The translations under genes were made by a program, and so were the position numbers. A DNA stretch of 64,000 bases from an uncultured delta proteobacterium (GTDB taxonomy: Bacteria; Myxococcota; Myxococcia; Myxococcales; Myxococcaceae), in contig CAVQKE010000007.1 in NCBI GenBank assembly GCA_963713045.1, forward strand, positions 448,001 to 512,000, given 5' to 3'. This document shows positions 1-9,190 of the stretch, piece by piece. Within the stretch, counting starts at the first letter, position 1; each line of letters begins with the position of its first letter. The notes below the pieces were generated by a model that was given only the letters and a program-made list of their open reading frames with translations, made no database searches and was not told where the DNA came from.

Positions 1-831
1 AATCCCAAGGCCGGTGAAGAAGCTTCCCGTCTTCGCGAAGGGAAAGAATTCCAGGCCAATGTCCAGCATCCCGATGACGTTGGCGGTGTAGGTCAGCAGG
101 TTTTCGGTGGCACCGGCCGGGTAGGTGTAACTGAGGTTTCGGTGGAGGAAGGTCCCTCCCACCTCGACCGAAAACATCGGCTGGCCGCGCACGCCACCCA
201 CGTTGGTGGCCGGCGTCGCGTCAATGGCGACCGGCGTGTCCGCCAGCGAGCGCTCGCCGGCCGCGCCGGGCGGGGGTGGCACCGGTTCGAGCGTGGAGGG
301 CGGCGGTGCCGTCACCATGGGGGAGGTGGGCGTGGTGGAGGCAACCGGCGGCGGCGGTGCGGCTGCAGCTTCCGCCGCGGCCACGGCCGCCACCCCGGAG
401 ACGTCCTCGGAGAAGCCGAGGACGGGACCCGACTCATGCACCAACTGCTTGAGGGCGAGGCTGCTCAAGTTGCGCTTCGAGCTGAGTGGGAAGCTCCAGG
501 TCTGCGTCGGCTTGGAGGAGCCGGCCAACAGCGCCACGCCCGCGGTGTACCCCTTCTTCGTCTTGGTGATGTTGGTGGTGAAGATGCCGACCACGCGCTC
601 CTTCTTCGCCTTTTTCCAGTCCGGCTTCTTGTTGGTGGACACCTTGGCGTAGGGGACGCAGTTGTACACCTTGCACAACTCGCCGTTGAGCTGGCTTCCC
701 ACCGCGTTGTTCTTGTCTCCGTGGACCGGCGCCAGAGAGATGCGCGGCGGAGAGCCTGCTGCTTGTCCCAGCGCCACGCTGGCCAGGCCCACCGTCGCCA
801 GCACTGCCCAACCCACCGAGACTCGCATCAT
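1..831 (-). CDS. Secreted protein, partial (runs off left edge): signal peptide, Lys-rich N-domain, Pro/Thr linker, probable outer-membrane beta-barrel C-terminus
   Basis: Own translation (not in ORF track): MMRVSVGWAVLATVGLASVALGQA...ELCKVYNC...PPPPVASTTPTSP...FSVEVGGTFLHRNLSYTY...IGLEFFPF; AGGGGCAGG RBS-like sequence upstream; no stop before window edge. Confidence 0.7.
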   Translation of the reverse strand, partial: MMRVSVGWAVLATVGLASVALGQAAGSPPRISLAPVHGDKNNAVGSQLNGELCKVYNCVPYAKVSTNKKPDWKKAKKERVVGIFTTNITKTKKGYTAGVALLAGSSKPTQTWSFPLSSKRNLSSLALKQLVHESGPVLGFSEDVSGVAAVAAAEAAAAPPPPVASTTPTSPMVTAPPPSTLEPVPPPPGAAGERSLADTPVAIDATPATNVGGVRGQPMFSVEVGGTFLHRNLSYTYPAGATENLLTYTANVIGMLDIGLEFFPFAKTGSFFTGLGI

Positions 832-995
832 CCTGCCCCTTGTTTCGTGAGAGGAGGCGCCCCTTGGCCGCCGTCGCGGCCGAGGCGCCTTCCAAGAGCG
901 AAATCAGACCCCGGCTCGGCCACTCGGGCAAGCAAACTTCCGCCACACCCAGGGTGCCCCGCGGTGTACAAGTGTGGGCAGCCCGCGCTGCTACA

Positions 996-1068
996 GGGCC
1001 CTTAGCTCAGCGGTCAGAGCTGTCGGCTCATAACCGATTGGTCCCTGGTTCGAATCCAGGAGGGCCCA
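996..1068 (+). tRNA. tRNA-Ile2 (CAT anticodon, lysidine type)
   Basis: GGGCCCT/AGGGCCC acceptor stem, TAGCTCAG D-arm, GTCGG-CTCATAA-CCGAT anticodon arm, GGTTCGAATCC T-arm; resembles ileX-type tRNAs; no 3' CCA encoded. Confidence 0.9.
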
Positions 1069-2500
1069 CTTCAACTGACACCAGCCGGCCGTTGCGCAGC
1101 GCGAGGACTGGGCAAAACGGCTCGCTCCCCTCCTCGAAGCGCGGCCAGGGCATTCCCGCCACCGGCGCTAACACTGAACGACGCACCGAGCGCACAAAGC
1201 GCGGCGGCTCCGCCGGCGGCGGCGTTGCCAGAAGCTTCCACACCGGCACGTCCCGTTCCAACAACCGGCGCGCGAAAGAGAAAAACCAGGGGGAGCCACG
1301 GCACGGGCCGAGCGCGGCGAACCACATCTGCCAGTCCAACCGCGGCATGTCCGGCGCCACCCAGGAAGGCCCCACGTCATCCGGCTTGTCGCGGAAGTGG
1401 AGAGGTTGCCAGGCTTGGCCGTCCTCGCTGACGTCCAGGCTGATTTCATCCCGCTGCGTCGTCATGACGGCGAACAGGCCGTAGTGGTTGATGACGCCCA
1501 AGGGCGCCAGCACCTCCAGCGCTGGCGCCAAGGGCACCGGGCCGCCCAGCCCGGCGATGAAGGCCTGAAGGCCCAAGACGGCCAGCGTCCCGGCTGCAAG
1601 GCGCAGTGGCCAGCTGGCAGGCGCCGCCGGCCGAGGTTCCCTGCCTCGCAACACCCAGCGCCCCAGGGCACCGAGGTCGCCGTCCTGCAGCATGGCCGCC
1701 ACCAGCGCCACCGACAGCAAATTGAAGAAGCCATAATTGCCGGTGAGGGCAATGACCAGCTGCAATGAGGCCAGCGCCACCGCGCCCGCCAAGCGCACTG
1801 GGCGCGGGCCGAGGAGGCAGAAGGCCGCGCCAAGCTCCACCGCCAGCGTCATCGCGCAGGCGGCATCCAAGAGGCGGGGCGGCCACACCGCCACCCATAG
1901 GCCAAGCGGCGTCGGCAACGGCTGCGTCCAGAAGTGGTAGCGCAGCGCAGTGAGGTTGCGCCAGGTGACGTCACCGCTGAGCAGCTTCACCGCACCACTG
2001 GCCACCATCAGCCGGACCAGCAGCAGCTGCACACACCGCCAGCTTGCCATGGGCGGGGAGTCACTCCACCGAGGGCGAAGCCCGGCCGGCGACACCAAGA
2101 CGGTGAGGAGCCCGGCTTCAGCCAGCAGTGCGTCCCACTGGAAGTGCCAGAAGACATGCCCCACGCTGACCAGCGAGATGTGCAGGACGAGCGCCACCGA
2201 CAGCGCCCAGCGCGGCGCCAGCCCCAGCGCCGCCACCAGCCCGGCCAGCGCGCCCACCAGGCACAGCCCCTGGAGCGCCCCGGCGCTGGCGTTAAGCCAC
2301 AGCACCGACGGCAACGCCCAGCCAGCCTTCCAGGGCCCCCAGGCCTCGCCCGCGTTGCGCAGGAGGGCCGCGGCTGGTGCAATGCCTTGAGGGCCGAGAA
2401 GCCCGCGCACCTGGCCGAAGGCAGAAACGAAGGCGAAAAAGAAGCTGAGGCCCACCCCGGCCACCACCAGACGTCGCGGGGCTGCCCGACTCGCCCTCAC
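1028..2500 (-). CDS. Lipase maturation factor (LMF1) family membrane protein
   Basis: FQWDALLAEAG, SGAVKL..GD..WRNLTAL.YHFWTQPLP, TGNYGFFN, YGLFAVMT, MPRLDWQMWFAAL motifs. Confidence 0.9.
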   Translation of the reverse strand: MRASRAAPRRLVVAGVGLSFFFAFVSAFGQVRGLLGPQGIAPAAALLRNAGEAWGPWKAGWALPSVLWLNASAGALQGLCLVGALAGLVAALGLAPRWALSVALVLHISLVSVGHVFWHFQWDALLAEAGLLTVLVSPAGLRPRWSDSPPMASWRCVQLLLVRLMVASGAVKLLSGDVTWRNLTALRYHFWTQPLPTPLGLWVAVWPPRLLDAACAMTLAVELGAAFCLLGPRPVRLAGAVALASLQLVIALTGNYGFFNLLSVALVAAMLQDGDLGALGRWVLRGREPRPAAPASWPLRLAAGTLAVLGLQAFIAGLGGPVPLAPALEVLAPLGVINHYGLFAVMTTQRDEISLDVSEDGQAWQPLHFRDKPDDVGPSWVAPDMPRLDWQMWFAALGPCRGSPWFFSFARRLLERDVPVWKLLATPPPAEPPRFVRSVRRSVLAPVAGMPWPRFEEGSEPFCPVLALRNGRLVSVEVGPPGFEPGTNRL

Positions 2501-2512
2501 CTTGGAAAGCCG

Positions 2513-3397
2513 TTAGCGGTGTGCGGTTGCGTTGAGGAAGAGGGCCGCGAAGAGGCCGGCGAGGTAGACCAGCGAGTAGAAGAAGCTTTTCCTCGCCCAG
2601 CCCGCGCCAAGCCGTCGCACCACGCCCCACGCCTGGACGCCCAGGAAGGCCACGCCCAGGGCGGCGGCCACCACCAGGTAAAAGCGCCCGGCGACATGCA
2701 GCGGGACGAGGACCAGCGTCATCGGCACCAACAGGACGGTGGTGGCCAGCATGGACCAGCGTGCCGCTTCATCCCCGAGGTGAAGCGGCACGGTGTGCAG
2801 CCCGGCCTTGCGGTACTCGGCCTTGCGGAAGAGGGCAATGGCCAGAAAGTGGGGCAGCTGCCACAGCACGAGGATGCTGAACAGGACCAGGCCACCAAGG
2901 TCGAGCCTCCCGGTCACCGCTGTCCAGCCCATCAGGGGAGGGAGCGCGCCCGGTACCGTTCCCACCAGCATCGAGAGGTCGGTGTGTCCCTTCATCGGGG
3001 TGTAGATGAGGACGTAGGTGAGCAGCGCCAGTAAGCCGAGGCCGGTGGTGAGCCAATTGCTTCCCACCGCCAGCACCGGGAGAGACACGGCCGCCAGCGC
3101 CAGAGCAAAAAAGAGCGCGACCGGGGGGTCCATGCGTCCGGCCGGAAGCGGCCGGTTGCGCGTCCGCACCATCGCCCGGTCAACGTCACGCTCGACGTAG
3201 CAGTTGAGGGCGTTGGCGGCGCCCACCGTCCCGGCCGTGCCCAACAGGGTGAGCAGCCACCGCCCCGGCGTCAGCCCCCCTGGAGCCAGCCACATCCCGC
3301 CAGCGCAGGTGCACAGCACCAGGCTCGACAGTCTGGGCTTGGTCAGCGAGAGCAAGTCGCTGGCCGAGACTGGGCGATTCACCACCTGGGCATTCAC
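2513..3397 (-). CDS. cyoE: Protoheme IX farnesyltransferase (heme o synthase)
   Basis: LTKPR, NCYVERDVDRAMVRTRNRPLPAGR, YTPMK, GALPPLMGW, WQLPHF; GTG start at 3397 chosen from GAGG upstream. Confidence 0.95.
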   Translation of the reverse strand: MNAQVVNRPVSASDLLSLTKPRLSSLVLCTCAGGMWLAPGGLTPGRWLLTLLGTAGTVGAANALNCYVERDVDRAMVRTRNRPLPAGRMDPPVALFFALALAAVSLPVLAVGSNWLTTGLGLLALLTYVLIYTPMKGHTDLSMLVGTVPGALPPLMGWTAVTGRLDLGGLVLFSILVLWQLPHFLAIALFRKAEYRKAGLHTVPLHLGDEAARWSMLATTVLLVPMTLVLVPLHVAGRFYLVVAAALGVAFLGVQAWGVVRRLGAGWARKSFFYSLVYLAGLFAALFLNATAHR

Positions 3398-3552
3398 GGC
3401 TGGAGAACCTCGCGCTCGGCGACGGGATGCAGGGGCCAAGGTGTACCGGGCCGTGCGACTTCCATCAAGCCCGACCCCACGTCGGTGTGGAAGTGGGGCG
3501 CGGCCGCCGTCGCCACAGGCCCGTTGTCAAAGCGCCCCGCGGCGTGGCCGGT

Positions 3553-5802
3553 CTATTGCGCGATGCGTTGCGCCTCCACGGCGTGCTCGCCGCGGGGGTC
3601 AAGCCGGAGGTAGGCCAACGCGCTTGCCCGGGCCTTGTCCTTCGCCCTTTTGTCGGTGGCCAAAAGATGCGCGTAGAAGAAGTAGGCCTCGGGGTAGTCG
3701 GCGTCCGAGTTGAGGGCCTTTTGGTAAGCCTCATCGGCGCGGGTGCGGTCGCCCATCGCTTCATAGGTGCGGCCGAGTTCGGTAAAGGTTTCCGCAATGC
3801 GGCGCGATTGTCCGAGGTACTCCTCGCTGGCCTTCACCAGCTGCTTCTCGGATTCTTTGAAGTCACCCTTTTCCCGGTAGGCGATGCCCAGCTGCAGCCG
3901 CGCATCCGGGTTGCGTGTCTTGGGGTCGGCCAGCGCCTTGTTGTACTGCGCAATGGCGTCGTCCAAACGCCCCTGCCGCCGGTACGCTTGCCCGAGCAGC
4001 ACCATCAGCTTCGGGCTGTCCGGCAGCGTCCGGTTGGCCGTCACCAGGGCGTCCTGGGCCTCGCGCGCCCCGTCCGGCTTCAGCATCAACGCCCGCGCCA
4101 AGTCCACGTAGAACTGTGCGCGGGTGGGGTCCATCTTCACCGCCTCCCGCATTTCCTGGATGCCAGCGTCGAGCTGGCCGTCCGCCACCAAGCGCTTGCC
4201 CTTGAGGAGCCGCAACTCGGGATTGTTGCGGTCCAAGTTGAATGCCTCCTGCTCCTCCTTGGCCTCCAGGGCTGCGGCCTCGGTGTGGTCGAGCGGCACA
4301 TTGGTTCGCTCGGCCAGGCTCTTCTGCTCATCCGGCTTGAGCAGCGGCAGCGCCGCTTGCACCCGCGCGATGAGCAACGCCCGAGCCATGTGGGCCACCG
4401 CCAGCTGCCGGGGAGAGGGCGGCGGTTCCCCTTCCAACAGCTTCTTCAGGTTGATGGCGGCGGCGGGATAGCGCGCGGGATTGTCCTGTTCGAGGAGGAG
4501 CAGGCTGAGCCCAAGCAGCGAGGCGGAGTGGTCCTTTTCATAGCGGAGGGCAAAGCCAAAATTCTGCTCGGCGCTCCTGGCATCACCTCGACGGCGGTGC
4601 AGTGCCCCCAGCGCTGCATAGACGCGCGGGTCGCTCGGCGCCAGCGCCTGCGCCTTCTCCAGACTCTCGCGGGCGCGCTCCAAGTCGCCGGCATTCATCT
4701 GCACCAGTCCCAAGGTGAGGTAGAGAAGCGAGGAGGCATGGCCCTCTTCGTCGAAGGCCTTCACCTGCCGCGACAGCTCTCCCAGGGCGCGGGTTCCCTG
4801 CCCCGAGTATTGCTGGAGCAGCGCTTCGGCCGCGTAGAGGTGGCTGTCCACCTCGTTCCCTGCCTTGGCAGCCTGGAGGTGCTCCTCGGCGAAGCGCCGT
4901 GCGTCGTCCCCGTCCCCGTGCTCGCCCCAGCGAATGGCGTAGGCGTAGGCCAGGTCGGCGTGCGGAGTGACTGCCTTCGGCTCGACCTCAAGGGCCTGTT
5001 CGGCGGCCGTACACGCGAGCTTGTACGAGGCGAAGCTGTCGTGCTTCAGCTGCTCGCTCGCCTCCTTCAGGTTGCGGCTGTAGATGTTGGCACGGCGCGC
5101 CGTCCACTGACCCCAGACGTAGAAGCCGGTCACCGTCACTGCGCCCAGCCCGAGCAGGATGAAGAACGCCTTGGCAGCACCGGAGCTGGCCTTGGCGTGC
5201 TTTCTCAGACGCTCGTCCTCCTCTTCGGTAGCGCGCAGCATCGTCCGTGACACGGTGGCGGCGGGCGCCCCGTTGACGGGCATGCGGGCCGCCGGCCCCT
5301 CCCCCGTCCGGGGCGCCCGGGTGCCGGCCTGCGGAGGGGGAGGCGCGACGGGTTCTGGCGGCGGAGGCGGCCGAGGCGGTTCCAGCTTCCATTGGGCGAA
5401 CAGGGCCAGCGTCTCGGCGTCGGTGGGGGCGAGCTCCCAAGCCTTGAGGAGGTTGGCCTGCCCAGCGCTGACATCTCCCGTCTTCATCTGCAGTGCGCCG
5501 ATTTGTCGCAGAATGGTGCGGTCCTCTGGCGCCACTTGCAGCGCGGCCGTCAGCTCCTCGATGGCCTTCTTGTCCTTCCCCTGGTCGGCATAGACGCGCG
5601 CCAGCAGCACCCGTGGGTCCGGACGGTTGGGGTGCGCTTTCACACCCTTCTTACAAACGACCATGGCCTCCATGAAGCGGCCCATGCCGAGGTAGGCCTC
5701 GGCGAGAGGACGGTAGGCATCGGAGCTCGGGTCCGACGCAAAAGCATGCTCGAGTTTCGCGAGCTCTTGCGGGCTCGGCGGCTTCACTGGGTTGGGAGTC
5801 AT
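3553..5802 (-). CDS. Tetratricopeptide-repeat protein with Pro-rich linker and one central TM helix
   Basis: Multiple TPR-like helical repeats, PPRPPPPPEP linker, hydrophobic AFFILLGLGAVTVTGFYVW; start may be 5823. Confidence 0.85.
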   Translation of the reverse strand: MTPNPVKPPSPQELAKLEHAFASDPSSDAYRPLAEAYLGMGRFMEAMVVCKKGVKAHPNRPDPRVLLARVYADQGKDKKAIEELTAALQVAPEDRTILRQIGALQMKTGDVSAGQANLLKAWELAPTDAETLALFAQWKLEPPRPPPPPEPVAPPPPQAGTRAPRTGEGPAARMPVNGAPAATVSRTMLRATEEEDERLRKHAKASSGAAKAFFILLGLGAVTVTGFYVWGQWTARRANIYSRNLKEASEQLKHDSFASYKLACTAAEQALEVEPKAVTPHADLAYAYAIRWGEHGDGDDARRFAEEHLQAAKAGNEVDSHLYAAEALLQQYSGQGTRALGELSRQVKAFDEEGHASSLLYLTLGLVQMNAGDLERARESLEKAQALAPSDPRVYAALGALHRRRGDARSAEQNFGFALRYEKDHSASLLGLSLLLLEQDNPARYPAAAINLKKLLEGEPPPSPRQLAVAHMARALLIARVQAALPLLKPDEQKSLAERTNVPLDHTEAAALEAKEEQEAFNLDRNNPELRLLKGKRLVADGQLDAGIQEMREAVKMDPTRAQFYVDLARALMLKPDGAREAQDALVTANRTLPDSPKLMVLLGQAYRRQGRLDDAIAQYNKALADPKTRNPDARLQLGIAYREKGDFKESEKQLVKASEEYLGQSRRIAETFTELGRTYEAMGDRTRADEAYQKALNSDADYPEAYFFYAHLLATDKRAKDKARASALAYLRLDPRGEHAVEAQRIAQ

Positions 5803-5898
5803 CCGGAGGTTCGGGTTGGGCAATCTAGAGGGAAACCGCTACCGCTGGAAGACGGGAGCAAGCGGTGCGAGCCGTACCTACGCCTGCAGCAGCGTCCG

Positions 5899-5928
5899 TT
5901 GACAGCCCGGGAGGTGCAGAAGTACACG
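5899..5928 (+). promoter_or_regulatory. Putative sigma70 promoter for tRNA-Ala
   Basis: TTGACA (5899-5904), 18 bp spacer, TACACG (5923-5928), ~35 bp upstream of the tRNA. Confidence 0.5.
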
Positions 5929-5964
5929 CTGTGGCCCATTTCGTAACCCATGTCCGCAGTGGTT

Positions 5965-6037
<73 letters not shown>

Positions 6038-6054
6038 CTGGTGCCCGCCGTCCG

Positions 6055-6084
6055 GGGGTTCAGGTCCACGCGGACCTGAACCCC
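6055..6084 (+). terminator. Perfect 13-bp hairpin downstream of tRNA-Ala (terminator or processing stem)
   Basis: GGGGTTCAGGTCC-ACGC-GGACCTGAACCCC; no U-tract. Confidence 0.55.
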
Positions 6085-6101
6085 GCAGCCGCTGACGCGC
6101 A

Positions 6102-7133
6102 GTGAGAAGCCTCGGCGCCGAACTGCTGACTGTCGACCAGGCCACCGGCCTCGGCACACTCCGTTTCACCGACGGCAAGCTCGCTCCGTTTCCCCTCGGA
6201 GGTGTCACCGGCTTCGTGCCCGTTCCGGGCTTGGCCGTCGTCGCGCAGCTCGCGGCCGACGGCGCGGTGGTGCGCGTACATTTGCCGTCCCACCCAAGCA
6301 AAGCGGACCCGGAGCGCTCGGCCGACGTCGGCTGGGTCACCGTCCTTCGCGACAAGGCCCTTCTGCAGGACGTCCGGGCGCTTGAAGACCTCCTCGAAGA
6401 CGTCGGCAGCCCTCGGCCCCGTCTCGCCGTCCATCCAGGCCAGGCCCGCGGAGGCGGCGTGGTGGAACTCGTCTGGCCGACAACGCACATGCTCCTCATC
6501 GAGACGGCGGCATCGTTTGCACTCGGTACAGTCGACCAGCGTGCATTGCCACCCGGCTTCCTCGCGGGGAGCTACCACCTCGCGCTTCTGCCGGCCCCAG
6601 TGGACCCAGCCGACGAGCGGCGCCTTCTCGGAGCGGACTTCCCGGACCCGTGGGCCGAGCAGGGAACGCTGCGCCGTGCCTCGCGCCTGCTGCGGGCGCT
6701 GCTGCTGTCGGACGGCCGGGGCCTGGTCCTGCATCGGGCCGGAAAGCTGGCACTCGGGCGGGAGGATGGGCTGCGGCGCTTGGGCGACCTCAAAGACATC
6801 GAAGCCCGGCCCTTCGGCGCGTGGATTGACTGGGCTCTCACCGAGGACCGGCGGGCCTACCGCACGCTGGGGATGGCCACGCTCGGCGGCGAAGACGTGG
6901 AGATTGCACTCTCCAACCCGGACGCGGACGTCGAGCTGGACAGCGCTGAGTCGGCGCTCCTCTTCGCCTGCATGCTCCAGGTGCGCGAAAACCGCTTCCT
7001 TGCCGACGGCGAAATGTTTCACGTGCCCAAGGACGTCCGGGTCGGCGCCCGCGGCGCAAGCGCCGTCTCACGGACGGGCTACCGTTACTTTGCCCACCGC
7101 GGCCATGCCCGCGTTCAGCTCGTCCGCGGCTGA
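6102..7133 (+). CDS. Hypothetical protein, C-terminus DUF4261-like
   Basis: 343 aa ORF with normal amino-acid composition; YRTLGMATLGGEDVEIA...ADGE resembles DUF4261 pattern. Confidence 0.6.
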   Translation: MRSLGAELLTVDQATGLGTLRFTDGKLAPFPLGGVTGFVPVPGLAVVAQLAADGAVVRVHLPSHPSKADPERSADVGWVTVLRDKALLQDVRALEDLLEDVGSPRPRLAVHPGQARGGGVVELVWPTTHMLLIETAASFALGTVDQRALPPGFLAGSYHLALLPAPVDPADERRLLGADFPDPWAEQGTLRRASRLLRALLLSDGRGLVLHRAGKLALGREDGLRRLGDLKDIEARPFGAWIDWALTEDRRAYRTLGMATLGGEDVEIALSNPDADVELDSAESALLFACMLQVRENRFLADGEMFHVPKDVRVGARGASAVSRTGYRYFAHRGHARVQLVRG

Positions 7134-7181
7134 AGGCCCCTCCCTTCAGCCCGCGGAGGGCTCGCCTCTGGAGAGCCGGGA

Positions 7182-8498
7182 CTAAAACTGCTGCGTCTCG
7201 GTCGACTCGTTCAGGGCCAGGGTGGAGGCCAGACCACCCGAGATGACTTGGGCCACGTCGTCGAAGTAGCCCGTGCCCACCTCGCGTTGGTGGCGTGTCG
7301 CGGTGTAGCCGTCCGCTTCGGCGGCGAACTCGGCGGTCTGAAGTCGCGCGTAGGCGGACATCCCTTCTGTGCGGTAGGCGTGCGCCAGCTCGAACATCCC
7401 GTAGTTCAGCGCGTGAAAACCGGCCAGCGTGACGAATTGGAATTTGTACCCCATCGCGCCAAGTTCTCGCTGGAAGCGCGCGATGGTGGCGTCGTCCAGG
7501 TTCTTCTTCCAATTGAAGGACGGCGAGCAGTTGTAGGCGAGCAGCTTGTTCGGGAATTTCGCTCGGATGGCCTCGGCAAAGGCCCGGGCCTCCGTTAGGT
7601 CCGGCTTGGACGTCTCGCACCAGAGGAGGTCCGCGTACGGCGCGTAGGCCAGGCCACGGGCGATGGCGCACTCCAGTCCTCCACGGAGGTGGAAGAAGCC
7701 CTCGGCCGTCCGCTCGCCCGGAAGAATGAAGTCCCGGTCCCGCGGGTCGACGTCCGACAGCAGCAGCTTCGCGCTGTCGGCGTCCGTCCGGGCGACGAGG
7801 AGCGTTGGCACGTCGCACACGTCGGCGGCCAGCCGGGCTGCCACCAGCGTCCGGATGAAGTGGCTGGTGGGGACGAGCACCTTGCCACCCATGTGGCCGC
7901 ACTTCTTCTCCGAGGCGACCTGGTCCTCGAAGTGGACCCCAGCCGCGCCGGCGTCAATCATCGACTTCATCAACTCGAAGGCGTTGAGCGGGCCGCCAAA
8001 GCCGGCTTCCGCGTCGGCGAGGATGGGCACCAGCCAATGGTGCTGGGCCTTACCCTCCGCGTGCTCAATCTGGTCCGCCCGGCGGAGGGACTGGTTGATT
8101 TTTCGCACCACCTGCGGCACCGAGTCGACTGGGTAGAGACTCTGGTCTGGGTACATCTGCCCGGCGCTGTTGGCATCCGCGGCCACCTGCCAGCCCGAAA
8201 GGTAAATGGCCTTCAACCCCGCGCGCACCATTTGCACCGCCTGGTTGCCGGTAAGGGCGCCCAGCGCTGCCACGTAGTCCTCCGTGTGGAGCAGCTCCCA
8301 GAGACGCCGGGCTCCCAAGTCGGCAAGCGTGTACGCCACCCGCACCGTGCCCCGCAGTCGCTCGACGTCCGCGGTGGAGTAAGGCCGGAAAATCCCTGCG
8401 AAGCGCCGTCCATGCAGCGCAGTCGCTGCGTCCCCTTTGGGCGAAACCGGGGAGGACGGCGAAGCGGACCCTTCCTTCATCACCATCGCAATCGACAT
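7182..8498 (-). CDS. aceA: Isocitrate lyase
   Basis: KKCGHMGGK active-site motif, [32 protein letters not shown]-terminal STETQQF. Confidence 0.98.
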   Translation of the reverse strand: MSIAMVMKEGSASPSSPVSPKGDAATALHGRRFAGIFRPYSTADVERLRGTVRVAYTLADLGARRLWELLHTEDYVAALGALTGNQAVQMVRAGLKAIYLSGWQVAADANSAGQMYPDQSLYPVDSVPQVVRKINQSLRRADQIEHAEGKAQHHWLVPILADAEAGFGGPLNAFELMKSMIDAGAAGVHFEDQVASEKKCGHMGGKVLVPTSHFIRTLVAARLAADVCDVPTLLVARTDADSAKLLLSDVDPRDRDFILPGERTAEGFFHLRGGLECAIARGLAYAPYADLLWCETSKPDLTEARAFAEAIRAKFPNKLLAYNCSPSFNWKKNLDDATIARFQRELGAMGYKFQFVTLAGFHALNYGMFELAHAYRTEGMSAYARLQTAEFAAEADGYTATRHQREVGTGYFDDVAQVISGGLASTLALNESTETQQF

Positions 8499-8813
8499 GG
8501 CCGTTCATTCCTTGGTCAGAGGTGGCAGACTGTTGTCAATCAGTAACTGTCATGACGTGGTGCAATGTAAATGCTGCCACGGGCATGTAGGCGGACGCAA
8601 GCACGAGCGCAGTTCACCCTCCATCCCCTTGGAACCCTCTCTATTTACAGGTGGATGGGAGAGATGACGTCGGTTTGTAAACGGTGTGTCTGGCGCTGGA
8701 CCTCGCGACGTAAATACGGAACCCAGACACCACCCTTGGGCAGCCTGCGTGGCCCACGGGGAGTGGACACGGACGGGCTGCCGTTGGGGCTTCCCGGCCC
8801 GGGCGGTGTATTT

Positions 8814-9110
8814 CTAGGCCCCCGGGACGGGGGGGGCTGGCGTCACGTCGACAGCAAGCGCAGCGGCGGCCTTGCGCTTGGGCGTGGCAGCACCTCGGCA
8901 GCTCCGGCACCAGGGCTGGTTGCGGATGGCGCCGTCCGGCATTCGCCGGAGCCCGAATTGGGCCAGCGGGCGAATGTGGTGGCACTTCAGACACATCAGC
9001 GTAATCAGCACTTCGTTGCCCTCCCCGTCGAAGATGGACGAGGGGCGGCGACGGCGAGGCTTGGTGTCTCCACGGCCCGGAGCGGGCGGCTTGCGAGTAC
9101 CCGGAAGCAT
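8814..9110 (-). CDS. Small basic protein with CxxC...CxxC putative zinc finger
   Basis: CLKCHHIRPLAQFGLRRMPDGAIRNQPWCRSC; start could be 9134. Confidence 0.65.
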   Translation of the reverse strand: MLPGTRKPPAPGRGDTKPRRRRPSSIFDGEGNEVLITLMCLKCHHIRPLAQFGLRRMPDGAIRNQPWCRSCRGAATPKRKAAAALAVDVTPAPPVPGA

Positions 9111-9190
9111 GGCCGGGGTGACTTTGTAGAGCATCGCGGGCCGGCAGATGAGCAGGCCAATCTGACAAGGCCCCCCCGGGGGGCGCCCCC

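Noticed and set aside
996..1068. Calling the CAT tRNA tRNA-Met or fMet
   Set aside because: It has a paired 1:72 position and lacks the three G-C anticodon-stem pairs of the initiator; the overall sequence resembles Ile2. Elongator Met is not fully excluded.
3427..5250. Long ORFs antisense to real genes (e.g. 3427-5250, 43386-44927, 51702-53171, 55737-57743, 60154-61557)
   Set aside because: Shadow ORFs expected from high-GC codon bias; no recognisable motifs, and the opposite strand carries clear protein families.
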